Source of the DNA: a virus | Taxonomy: Duplodnaviria > Caudoviricetes | Length of the DNA stretch: 64,000 bases | Direction: 5' to 3' (one strand) | Virus record (IMG/VR): IMGVR_UViG_3300028172_000069 | Part shown: one piece after another, positions 10,145 to 18,531 of the stretch | Position numbering within the stretch: the first letter of the stretch is position 1 | Layout: each line of letters opens with the position of its first letter | Notes under the pieces: model-generated | Databases searched by the model: none | What the model was told of the DNA's origin: nothing | What the model saw: the letters and a program-made list of their open reading frames with translations, nothing else | Position numbers and translations under genes: made by a program

Positions 10145-10450
10145 ATGCGCATTGTAGAATTGACCGGCATCCACAAAGAAGTGGTTGATGCAGTAAACTT
10201 GGCTCTGGCGGACGGTCCGTTGAGTACCGTGCGGGCGATCGTCCTCACAGCCGAGGAAATGGCAGCCTTCATGAAGAACATGCCGTTCACTGGCGGTGTC
10301 GGTAAGTTCTACGGCGACGCTGACGTTCCTCAACTGATGCACGTTGAGTATCAACCGCAGACCAATCGCGTGTTGTCGTTCTTCCTGAACGGCGTGCGCA
10401 TCGAGTCGGAAGCTCCGATTCCTGCACCTGAGCCTGATCCGGTACCGTAA
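10145..10450 (+). CDS. Hypothetical protein
   Basis: Start moved to ATG 10145 (GAGGT RBS). Confidence 0.65.
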   Translation: MRIVELTGIHKEVVDAVNLALADGPLSTVRAIVLTAEEMAAFMKNMPFTGGVGKFYGDADVPQLMHVEYQPQTNRVLSFFLNGVRIESEAPIPAPEPDPVP

Positions 10451-10456
10451 CACATT

Positions 10457-10477
10457 GGGGAGCTTCGGCTCCCCTTT
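10457..10477 (+). terminator. Intrinsic terminator
   Basis: GGGGAGC-TTCG-GCTCCCC followed by TTT. Confidence 0.75.
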
Positions 10478-10493
10478 CCATTTGAGGTGAAAC

Positions 10494-11111
10494 ATGCGTG
10501 CCCACTTCTCACCACCTGATGAATCCAAGTTCATGCGCAAGCACGGACACCAAGACGCCCCGAAGCGTCACGTTGTCAGCCGCTCTCAAGGCTACCCGCA
10601 TTTCAACTATCGCCGCCGACCGATCGAGAAAGCCGCCGAGAAGAAGTTCCGCCGCACGATGCGCACTCGTGCCAGCAATCGTCTCTGGGCAATCAACTCG
10701 GCACTGTTCAGTGAAGTCTTCGGCCGAGACGTTCACGATGTAGCATCCCGTCCGGGCTTCCTTCGCCGTTTGATGGAGACGCCCGAAGAGGCTGTTGCGC
10801 GTAAAGCCGAAGCCTTCGCCCGCTGGAAAGAACGCTTCCTCTCCGAACAGCGCTACCTGAAGCCTCGTTGCCATCCGAAGAATATGGTCAACTTCGACGA
10901 TGTGTTCCGCAGTGGACGCATTGGCCGGCTCGAAAGTTTCAGCATCATCACCGACGCCTTTATCTCGGGTGACTCAACCTACGACTCCATGCCGCAAGAA
11001 CCTCCGACGTATCTCCAGAAAGACCTTGATGGGGTTACACGCGAGACCTTCTTCGAGAAAGCCGACGACGGTAAATGTGTAAAGATCGAACGTCATTCAA
11101 ACGAGGACTAG
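10494..11111 (+). CDS. Hypothetical basic protein
   Basis: 205 aa, Arg/Lys-rich N-half; GAGGTG RBS. Confidence 0.65.
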   Translation: MRAHFSPPDESKFMRKHGHQDAPKRHVVSRSQGYPHFNYRRRPIEKAAEKKFRRTMRTRASNRLWAINSALFSEVFGRDVHDVASRPGFLRRLMETPEEAVARKAEAFARWKERFLSEQRYLKPRCHPKNMVNFDDVFRSGRIGRLESFSIITDAFISGDSTYDSMPQEPPTYLQKDLDGVTRETFFEKADDGKCVKIERHSNED

Positions 11112-11115
11112 CTCC

Positions 11116-11964
11116 GTGATCAAAGCAAGCAAACACCCACAGACCATCTTCGCTGTCGAAGCGCAACCGTTCGTGCAAGCCCTGAACTTGCAGCCGGGCT
11201 TCAACCGCGTCGACGAAGGCCAGTTCATGGAAGCGCTGTATCGCAACCACATCCTGGGCCTGCGCGACGTGCTCGACAACAAGAAGACCACGCTGGAAGA
11301 CGTGGTAGCCCAGATCAACTACATCGCCGACCTGCACGGCATCCAGCTGGAATTCATCAACCCGCCTCCGCTGGTTGAGTACGCCGGTGACCGTACCAAA
11401 CTGCAACTGCTGCCGTATCGCGTGCTGCGCTCGAAGACTGCTGCTGGCCATCTGTTCTCGCGTTATCAGCGTGGCAAGGGCGTTGGTGAATCGCGTCTCG
11501 CTGGCAATGACAGCATCGGCTACGGCGGCCACATGGACTGGATCGACTATCAGTCCGAAGCGATGACTCTTGCGAACGAAAATCCATCGGGCATGGACGA
11601 GTTCGTCACCGAAGAGCAGGACAGCACGCTCGACGTGGTGCAGACCCTCAAGCTCTCTGCGCACCGTGAGTTCCTGCAAGAGGTCAAGCTGATTCGCGGC
11701 GAGCGCGACGTTACCGACGAGCTGGCCAACAGCATCGAGTTCAACCTCGCTGGTCTGATCTGGGACCACAGCAACGACGTCGGCCACCTGCACCTGGGCA
11801 TCGTGCTGATCGGCGATCTGCCAGAAGACGTGACCGCTGTGCCTCGCGAAGCCGAGCTGCTGCCGCGTGAGCCTCAGTACGTTGACGAACTGCTGGCCAA
11901 CGAAGCCGCCGAGAGCTGGACCAGCATCGTAGCTCGCGCAGTCGCTGACTGCCTAATCGCCTGA
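11116..11964 (+). CDS. Hypothetical protein
   Basis: 282 aa, strong codon bias; GAGG RBS. Confidence 0.7.
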   Translation: MIKASKHPQTIFAVEAQPFVQALNLQPGFNRVDEGQFMEALYRNHILGLRDVLDNKKTTLEDVVAQINYIADLHGIQLEFINPPPLVEYAGDRTKLQLLPYRVLRSKTAAGHLFSRYQRGKGVGESRLAGNDSIGYGGHMDWIDYQSEAMTLANENPSGMDEFVTEEQDSTLDVVQTLKLSAHREFLQEVKLIRGERDVTDELANSIEFNLAGLIWDHSNDVGHLHLGIVLIGDLPEDVTAVPREAELLPREPQYVDELLANEAAESWTSIVARAVADCLIA

Positions 11965-12248
11965 TGGACCTTAATAAGGCGATTGATGCCAGCATCGAAG
12001 CGGTGTTGCTACTGCACGGTGCGGGCCTTAGCGAGAGACGCAGCATTGCTATCTCGACTCAGGAGCTCGGCGTTCAACGCATCACACAGCAACTACATGC
12101 GCGTGTGATTAAAGCTGCGGAAAGCCGTAAGGTCCGCGCGCATGTCCACACTCTGGACGGTCGCATTGTGTTTGATGTTGACCTGAACACCGTTGTGATG
12201 AACGTGACACAAGCTGCACGCTACGCCGAGCAACTCAAAACCCGATAA
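11964..12248 (+). CDS. Hypothetical protein
   Basis: 94 aa; TGATG coupling. Confidence 0.6.
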   Translation: MDLNKAIDASIEAVLLLHGAGLSERRSIAISTQELGVQRITQQLHARVIKAAESRKVRAHVHTLDGRIVFDVDLNTVVMNVTQAARYAEQLKTR

Positions 12249-12251
12249 CAC

Positions 12252-12274
12252 ACGGGAGCTTCGGCTCCCGTTTC
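12252..12274 (+). terminator. Intrinsic terminator
   Basis: ACGGGAGC-TTCG-GCTCCCGT followed by TT. Confidence 0.7.
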
Positions 12275-12283
12275 GAGGCCACC

Positions 12284-12451
12284 ATGATTGATCTGACCTG
12301 TGCTGCACCTTGCTCTCGCTGCGGTTGTGTAGGCATTCACGCCTGCATGGGCGCACCAGTCAAGTGGACCGAAGAAGACGAAGCGCGTCTGGAAGATGCA
12401 CTGCGCACTGTCGCCAAGCAGGAGAAGCGCGATGGCAAGATCGAAGCCTAA
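12284..12451 (+). CDS. Small Cys-rich protein (55 aa, not in ORF track)
   Basis: MIDLTCAAPCSRCGCVGIHACMGAPVKWTEEDEARLEDALR...; GAGG RBS. Confidence 0.55.
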   Translation: MIDLTCAAPCSRCGCVGIHACMGAPVKWTEEDEARLEDALRTVAKQEKRDGKIEA

Positions 12452-12692
12452 TCGCCTGCTGTCTCGGCTAAACTCCACAGACGTGTATGTCACCATCATG
12501 GCTGTCGTGATGGTTGGCTCGCTCGCGGGTTCTGTGTACGAGGACATACAGCGCCACAACGAAGTAAGCGCCTGTGAGGAAACCTATAAGCAGCCCTGCT
12601 CAATTCACCAACTCGCGATTCCAGACAGCGCCCAGAAAGACCCAGCGCTTCTCAACTCCGCCTTGTACCGCACCATCGAGAATCTGAAATGA
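12432..12692 (+). CDS. Single-pass membrane protein, paralog 1 of tandem triplet
   Basis: TM helix then ACEETYKQPCSIHQLAIP; GGAG RBS. Confidence 0.7.
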   Translation: MARSKPNRLLSRLNSTDVYVTIMAVVMVGSLAGSVYEDIQRHNEVSACEETYKQPCSIHQLAIPDSAQKDPALLNSALYRTIENLK

Positions 12693-12916
12693 CCCTGCAA
12701 CAACGCATCAAGTCCAAGTTCCACGAACTGGAGAAGCGCTTCACCTGGACTCACGCGATGGGTTGCGGCGCTGTCTTCCTCGCAATTGTTATCGGCTATC
12801 CCGTTGTCTCCGATATCATCAAGCTCAATCACGAAGCACGGATACTCAAGGACTGCCAGTTCGCACACAAGAAGCCATGCGAGCTCCGCACGATTGCAGT
12901 GCCCAAGGAGGTGTAA
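12689..12916 (+). CDS. Single-pass membrane protein, paralog 2
   Basis: TM helix then DCQFAHKKPCELRTIAVPK. Confidence 0.7.
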   Translation: MTLQQRIKSKFHELEKRFTWTHAMGCGAVFLAIVIGYPVVSDIIKLNHEARILKDCQFAHKKPCELRTIAVPKEV

Positions 12917-13122
12917 TGGCTCACGGTGATATGTACGCTCCGAGCAAGAGCACGCAAGTATGGGGAGCCATCCTGGCAGTGACCGCGATCGGTGGCTTCT
13001 TGCTAATTTTAGGCGTAGGAATTCACGACGCCGTATCCCGCAGTAACCAGATCGAAGCCTGCAGGCAAAAGAATGCAGGTGCTCCATGCGAGATAAAGAG
13101 TCTCGCAGTACCCAAGGAGTAA
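12916..13122 (+). CDS. Single-pass membrane protein, paralog 3
   Basis: TM helix then ACRQKNAGAPCEIKSLAVPK; AGGAGG RBS; TAATG coupling. Confidence 0.7.
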   Translation: MAHGDMYAPSKSTQVWGAILAVTAIGGFLLILGVGIHDAVSRSNQIEACRQKNAGAPCEIKSLAVPKE

Positions 13123-13214
13123 ACGACTCCAAGTTCTCACAAGCGATAGGCTTGGAGAAACCCCTGTGCCCACAAAGGGCTAACCACAAAGCACGATAGG
13201 TGCGAGGTAATACC

Positions 13215-14093
13215 ATGAACGCGCGTCAAGCATTCATCACTAAACTCGGCAACGAACCATTTGAAGTCATGGTGAAGTCGATCCTGCACGGCTATAAGCA
13301 CTCCAAGCAGTACGAGGTGCTGATCCTGAGCATCACGTCTGCTGCCGCACGCGCTTTCGTACAGAGCGTATTGCGTGGTCCAGTCCCAGATTCGGTGCGC
13401 TGTGTAGGTCTCGATACCATCTTCGACACAACGCCGGAGACTCCAGCGGGCTTTATTTTCCTGATGCCTGAGCTTGCGTATACGGCACAAGGTAGTATCG
13501 GTTGCATCGACAAGTATCTGCGCAACCTCAACCGCCGAGTACAGATTGTCAGCGTCAATGAGGTTGTCTACTCGCTGCATCGGGCGATGTACGATAACTG
13601 GCTGAAAACCAAGTACAAGGTGGACGACCTGTCGCGCATCGTCCCGACTCCAGAGTCGCGGGTGCTGCACTTCACCCGTGAGCACTTTGACCGCTACATA
13701 TACAATGGCGGTGACGCATACCGCGAGTTTCCAGTGATCGACGCCGACGTTGTAGTGCTCGGCTATGACCTGCATCACTTGTCTGGCCAAGACATTGGCT
13801 ACCTCGTGTACAAACTCACCGACGACTCGGACACTGGCAACAAGGCCATGGTGCATATGGACCCCTTGCTGCTGGAGACATACTTCGAGTATGAGCGCTG
13901 GCTCGTCAATAACGGCGGCATGGAGTCAGCGATGAAGATGAACGCTACAGTTGATCCAGTGCGCGAAGTGCTCCGGCCGATGGACCCGAACGGCTACACT
14001 GTCTGGCGCGAAGACAAACCGGTGGCGCTGCCGTACTACGACAAGCAGTGGCATCTGGTGACACCGCCGGCCAAGCGCGGCAAGCGCAAGTAA
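13215..14093 (+). CDS. Hypothetical protein
   Basis: 292 aa; start at ATG 13215 (GAGGT RBS). Confidence 0.7.
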   Translation: MNARQAFITKLGNEPFEVMVKSILHGYKHSKQYEVLILSITSAAARAFVQSVLRGPVPDSVRCVGLDTIFDTTPETPAGFIFLMPELAYTAQGSIGCIDKYLRNLNRRVQIVSVNEVVYSLHRAMYDNWLKTKYKVDDLSRIVPTPESRVLHFTREHFDRYIYNGGDAYREFPVIDADVVVLGYDLHHLSGQDIGYLVYKLTDDSDTGNKAMVHMDPLLLETYFEYERWLVNNGGMESAMKMNATVDPVREVLRPMDPNGYTVWREDKPVALPYYDKQWHLVTPPAKRGKRK

Positions 14094-14105
14094 CACACGT
14101 CAGAG

Positions 14106-14129
14106 AGGCGGCCTTCGGGTCGCCTTTTT
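14106..14129 (+). terminator. Intrinsic terminator
   Basis: AGGCGGCC-TTCG-GGTCGCCT followed by TTTT. Confidence 0.8.
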
Positions 14130-14167
14130 CGTTTCTGTAAAGTCACTGTATCAACACGGTACTGACT

Positions 14168-14755
14168 ATGAACATATTCGCCACTGACCCAAGACCCATG
14201 GTAGCGGCCGCCCATCACTGTGACGTCCATGTAATCAAGATGATCCTTGAGACGGCGCAGTTGCTCTCGGCCGCACACGTCTTCTGCGACGGCAAGCAAG
14301 TAGCGTACAAGATGACCCACCAGCATCACCCGTGTGCCGTCTGGATACGCGAGAGTAAGTCGAACTACCGCTGGGCTTTCGACCTACTGGTCTGCCTGTG
14401 CGCAGAGTACACCTACCGCTTCGGTAAACGACACAAGACCCAAGATCATCTGATCGCTTTGGGTCACGTGCCTGACAACATTCCAGAAGACGATTTGACG
14501 GCCTTCGCAATGGCCATGCCTGACGAATTCCGCAGCAACAATCCGCACAAAAGCTATAAGCGCTACCTGCGTGCGAAGCTGGAGTCGTGGACGTTACGCG
14601 ACAAACCCATGCGCACGTCGTTCACCTATCGCGAAGTCCCCAAGCACCTGCTCACGGTGAGCACCCGAATCTTCCCGTGTATCCATCTAGGAGTTTTCCA
14701 TGAATCCGCTGCCAAGCACCAACCCGCTCGCCACGGTGTTGTCGTACCCTACTAA
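14168..14755 (+). CDS. Pyrimidine-dimer DNA glycosylase/endonuclease V-like protein
   Basis: MNIF...HCDVHVIKMILETAQLLS, THQHHPCAVW, EYTYRFGKRHK motifs of the DenV-like family. Confidence 0.75.
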   Translation: MNIFATDPRPMVAAAHHCDVHVIKMILETAQLLSAAHVFCDGKQVAYKMTHQHHPCAVWIRESKSNYRWAFDLLVCLCAEYTYRFGKRHKTQDHLIALGHVPDNIPEDDLTAFAMAMPDEFRSNNPHKSYKRYLRAKLESWTLRDKPMRTSFTYREVPKHLLTVSTRIFPCIHLGVFHESAAKHQPARHGVVVPY

Positions 14756-15455
14756 CACACAACTGGCGATGAACAAGGCCCACTTCGATCAGTTGTTGCG
14801 CGGCTACGGCCTGACAGACGTTTGGAACTGGATCGAAGAAAACAACATCGGTGTAGTGAACCCGTACCACAACACGCAGCACATGATGACCATTGCGCTG
14901 AATGGCTTCCGCATCTACCAGACCGAGCTGCTGCTTACTGGCGAGACGCAAGAACTCTACGGTCATATCAAGGTTCTGGTTGCAGGTATGCTGCACGACT
15001 TCAACCACAGCGGTGGTGAACATGCCGACGACGAGAACATCGAGAACGCTATCCACGACGGCCTCAACAAGATTGCGGGCACGCTTGATGCCAAGTTCGG
15101 CGAAGGGTTCAGTGACGAAGTGGAGCAACTGATCCGCTGTACCGAGTACCCGTTTGTGCGCATGCCGCACTCGCTTGCGGCCAAAGCACTACGCGACGCT
15201 GACCTGCTCCAGTCCATTGAACCCAACGGCATCACGCTGATCCTCGAAGGCCTGCGCTCTGAAATGCAGGTGCGCTTTGGTAAGCAGATCAGTGTGCAGG
15301 AAATGTACGAGGGCCAAGTCAAGTTCCTCGAGGCCGCCGAGCTGTTTACGCAAACAGGTCAAGCGCTCTGGGACGCATCCAAACACCACATGATCGAAGC
15401 GTGCCGCTGCTACGCCGAGTATCGCACTGGCAAACAACAGGAAGAACAAGCGTGA
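14700..15455 (+). CDS. HD-domain phosphohydrolase, class I cyclic-nucleotide PDE-like
   Basis: NPYHNTQH, AGMLHDFNHSG and RDADL motifs; GGAG RBS. Confidence 0.7.
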   Translation: MNPLPSTNPLATVLSYPTNTQLAMNKAHFDQLLRGYGLTDVWNWIEENNIGVVNPYHNTQHMMTIALNGFRIYQTELLLTGETQELYGHIKVLVAGMLHDFNHSGGEHADDENIENAIHDGLNKIAGTLDAKFGEGFSDEVEQLIRCTEYPFVRMPHSLAAKALRDADLLQSIEPNGITLILEGLRSEMQVRFGKQISVQEMYEGQVKFLEAAELFTQTGQALWDASKHHMIEACRCYAEYRTGKQQEEQA

Positions 15456-15880
15456 ACCAACAGGCCATTCTCAAGAAGTCCAAAACTTTCATCCTGCAAG
15501 CTCAGTTCGTGGAGCAACTTGCAGCATTGATCGAAGACGAACAGACCCTCATCCTTCAAGGTGAGGGTATCAAAATGGGTCCACTGCATTCTCGCGTTAT
15601 CTTCGGCCAAGTGCATCGCCGTAACTCTCGGGTGCGAGCACAGCCTGTATGGGTATTGCATGAAGGTCAGCCGATTGAGTTGGTGGACTACAAGGTTTCA
15701 TTCCTGCAGGCCATGTACACACCACACGACAGCCGCGTGGAGCAACAGATCAGCGTGATTATCCACAGCGCCGTGCTGTTCTCGCCTGAAACACAGGAAG
15801 CATATCCTGTGAGCATCCGTTTCCGCTACAACAACCACAACCCGCTCGACTTCACCAAAGCCTACATCACTTTCCTCTGA
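15452..15880 (+). CDS. Hypothetical protein
   Basis: GTG start overlapping the previous TGA. Confidence 0.6.
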   Translation: MNQQAILKKSKTFILQAQFVEQLAALIEDEQTLILQGEGIKMGPLHSRVIFGQVHRRNSRVRAQPVWVLHEGQPIELVDYKVSFLQAMYTPHDSRVEQQISVIIHSAVLFSPETQEAYPVSIRFRYNNHNPLDFTKAYITFL

Positions 15881-15887
15881 GGTGACC

Positions 15888-16598
15888 ATGAAGAATCTCT
15901 GGAATCGACTGTTCGGCGGTAAGCGTAAGCCAGAACCTGCAGAAGCTGCAACCCTGACAGGCAAAGAGAAAGAAAACTTTCTGCACCTGTTCATTGTGGA
16001 TGAACTGCTCAAGTACACAGGTAAGAGCGTTCGGGTGCGCAACAACGAAGCCCACGTCGAGTGCCCATACCACGCCAGTGGAACTACACCGACACTGTCG
16101 GTTGCGTTGTCCATGGGTGTAGGTCGCAAGCAGGGTATGTTCTACTGCTTTGCCTGTAACGAGCACGGCAACTGGAACAAGCTCGCACAGAAGGCAGGAC
16201 TTGCACCACTGCCCGTTGAACCTGATGACCCGCCAGAGTTGACACCTGTATTCCAAGGGTCTCTGGGGCGTCAGTACAATCGCGGCCAGCACATTAGCCG
16301 CGCGCATCGTCCAGGTCACACGCCAGCAGCGCAGGTGCACTACTTCGACGTGCAAGACCCCGCTGCTTGGGATCGCAGCTCACAGAGCCGCCAGGATAAC
16401 AGCAGCTCCACGCTCGCCAACATCGCGCTCATGGGTGCGGCACTGTCCGACAACGACACGCACCGCGAAAGCTGCGCAACACCAAGCACGACTACTCACG
16501 GTGAGCCAACGCGCAGCTATGCGCCTGACCCTACACCGAGCACTACCTACGACAGCCCATCGTCTACGGACTCAGGTAGTCCAGGCGGTTGCGACTGA
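15888..16598 (+). CDS. CHC2 (primase-type) zinc-finger protein with disordered Ser/Thr/Pro tail
   Basis: CPYH..TPTLSV...FYCFACNEHG motif; GAGGTG RBS. Confidence 0.7.
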   Translation: MKNLWNRLFGGKRKPEPAEAATLTGKEKENFLHLFIVDELLKYTGKSVRVRNNEAHVECPYHASGTTPTLSVALSMGVGRKQGMFYCFACNEHGNWNKLAQKAGLAPLPVEPDDPPELTPVFQGSLGRQYNRGQHISRAHRPGHTPAAQVHYFDVQDPAAWDRSSQSRQDNSSSTLANIALMGAALSDNDTHRESCATPSTTTHGEPTRSYAPDPTPSTTYDSPSSTDSGSPGGCD

Positions 16599-17251
16599 TG
16601 TTCTACACGGGCATTGGTAGCCGCGAAACTCCCAACCGCGTGTGTATGCTAATGTCCCGGTTTGCGCAGCTTCAATGGCGCAAGCCACGTTCTGGTGGGG
16701 CTATCCAAGCTGACGAATCTCAAGAGGTCGTCCCACTTGAACTCTACCTGCCGCGTCGTGGTTGGCGTGGTAAGGAAGGCATCTGGCAGTACACGCATGA
16801 GCAACTCCTCTTCGCTGACACCATCTGGAAGGAGGCGTTCCCATCTGACAAAGCTGTGGCAACTTGGACCCGTGATTTCTTCCGGCGCAACGTCTGGCAG
16901 ATCATGGGTCTTTGCGCATCTGTAAAGGAAGCTATATTCAGCGATTTTGTAATCTGCTGGACACCAGATGGTGCATTGACGATTCAAGACTACCAGCTAG
17001 GCGTCACCGGTGGTACTGGCATCGCAATCAACATCGCTTCAATCTACGGTGTACCCGTATACAACCTACAACGCCCAGATCACTTCCGGAAAGTCCTGAG
17101 CTGGTGCGTGCGAATGGAGCAAAAGCATGGACTCGTCTTTGAAGAAGCATCCCGTAGTTTTATCCGCGCAGCAACAGGCGAATACCTTGTTGCCGCTGAG
17201 CCTGAGCGCAGAGGAAGAGGACACCTTCCAATCTTGGCTCTATACGTTTAA
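16598..17251 (+). CDS. SLOG (DprA/Smf-like) nucleotide-binding protein
   Basis: YTGIGSRETP, RSGGA.QAD, FVICWTPDG and GGTGIAINIA motifs. Confidence 0.7.
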   Translation: MFYTGIGSRETPNRVCMLMSRFAQLQWRKPRSGGAIQADESQEVVPLELYLPRRGWRGKEGIWQYTHEQLLFADTIWKEAFPSDKAVATWTRDFFRRNVWQIMGLCASVKEAIFSDFVICWTPDGALTIQDYQLGVTGGTGIAINIASIYGVPVYNLQRPDHFRKVLSWCVRMEQKHGLVFEEASRSFIRAATGEYLVAAEPERRGRGHLPILALYV

Positions 17252-17402
17252 GGACGTCGCTCGCAAGACCATCGCCAATGTGGACGAAGTCGCTGAGGCG
17301 CACTGGCGTATGCTGTATGTCTGCACTGCACCCAAGGGTGCGCAAGAGGTGTACGACGAAATGTTTGCCCACGCTGGCAAGTGCTATCTAGAGGTGTGCT
17401 GA
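17187..17402 (+). CDS. Hypothetical protein
   Basis: Fills the gap; start uncertain (TTG 17187 assumed). Confidence 0.45.
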   Translation: MLPLSLSAEEEDTFQSWLYTFKDVARKTIANVDEVAEAHWRMLYVCTAPKGAQEVYDEMFAHAGKCYLEVC

Positions 17403-17965
17403 TGACTTTCCATATCGACTTCTCCAACTTCCCAATCGCCATTCGTCCGCCAAGCGACATGGTGAAAGTCAACTGCACGAAAGGGCCGCTGCTTGAAACG
17501 CCAGACGGAGCAATACACGCAGACGATCTGGTCAAGCAAATCTCCAAGAACCTGGATGCCAAGCTCACCATCACCGAGTTCGAGCGCCATCACATGGACA
17601 GTACGACCAAGAAGTTCTTTGACTCCTGGGTGAAGCCACAAGCTGCTGTGCCAGTTGAGAACTACGCGCTGCCTGTGTTCGACTCGTATGGCTTCCTGCA
17701 CTTCTCGCCAAAGCGCCCTGCTGATCCAAAGCGCAAGTACGGCGTGCAGGCGATAGTACGCGGCAACCTGTTCGAGGGGCGCAAGAACTTCCGTAGCCAT
17801 CGCAAAGCACGCGAGTGGGTACGCAAGCAACTCTCCTGTCAGATGTGGCCGTCGAGCACACAAGACAGCGGCTTGGCTAGCGGCATGGACCCAGTGACCA
17901 TGACGATCAGCTTCGACTTTACTGGCCCGCTCGACTCCAGCCATCTGAGCAAGGTGATGGTATGA
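17402..17965 (+). CDS. Hypothetical protein
   Basis: GAGGTG RBS; TGATG coupling. Confidence 0.65.
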   Translation: MTFHIDFSNFPIAIRPPSDMVKVNCTKGPLLETPDGAIHADDLVKQISKNLDAKLTITEFERHHMDSTTKKFFDSWVKPQAAVPVENYALPVFDSYGFLHFSPKRPADPKRKYGVQAIVRGNLFEGRKNFRSHRKAREWVRKQLSCQMWPSSTQDSGLASGMDPVTMTISFDFTGPLDSSHLSKVMV

Positions 17966-18243
17966 CCCCAGAAGATCAGTGTGCTGCCCTCGCCGCAGAT
18001 GAAGACGAACTGGCAAAGCCGTTGTCCTACGCTGTCGAACAACGCATCCGCTTCATCGACTTCCTGTTCGCTCATTACGGGTACGTCCGTCGCGAGTTCC
18101 TCATGGACTACTTCGGCCTGAGCATCGCGTCGGCGTCTCTGGACATTCAGCGCTACATCCGAATGACCGAGGACAATGTGTTCTACAACGCCAGTGCCAA
18201 GCGGTACGAGTCCACAAAAGCGTTCAAGCGCCTGTATCCCTGA
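17962..18243 (+). CDS. Stand-alone CapW/BrxR-type winged-helix DNA-binding domain (no WYL domain)
   Basis: RIRFIDFL...G.V.R..LMDYFGLS...ASLDIQRY....N..Y.AS.KRY....F..L matches the N-terminal wHTH of WYL regulators. Confidence 0.75.
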   Translation: MTPEDQCAALAADEDELAKPLSYAVEQRIRFIDFLFAHYGYVRREFLMDYFGLSIASASLDIQRYIRMTEDNVFYNASAKRYESTKAFKRLYP

Positions 18244-18252
18244 GGAGCCGAC

Positions 18253-18531
18253 ATGGCAAACAAAGCATTTCCCGGCTCCAAGCTGTTTGAGTTGAAGGCG
18301 ACTCACGGCTTGCCTCTGGACGTTGCAGTCGACCGCATCGTTAACACTGAACGCATGGTGATCGACTGGCAGGGCTTCATCGACCAAGCGCGTGCTCAAG
18401 GTTGGTACGACTTCCAGACGCTCGACGTGGCTGAGCAAGCCCTGACTGACGCTGACGTACCACGTGACTACCGCGACGCTGTGGTGTTGCGCATGAAAGC
18501 CTACGTCATGGAGAAGCGCCATGCCACGTGA
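18253..18531 (+). CDS. Mini-protein resembling an alanyl-tRNA synthetase helical segment
   Basis: GSKLFELKATHGLPLDV...E..VIDWQGF vs AlaRS G..AF.LYDTYGFP.DL....E....D..GF. Confidence 0.6.
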   Translation: MANKAFPGSKLFELKATHGLPLDVAVDRIVNTERMVIDWQGFIDQARAQGWYDFQTLDVAEQALTDADVPRDYRDAVVLRMKAYVMEKRHAT

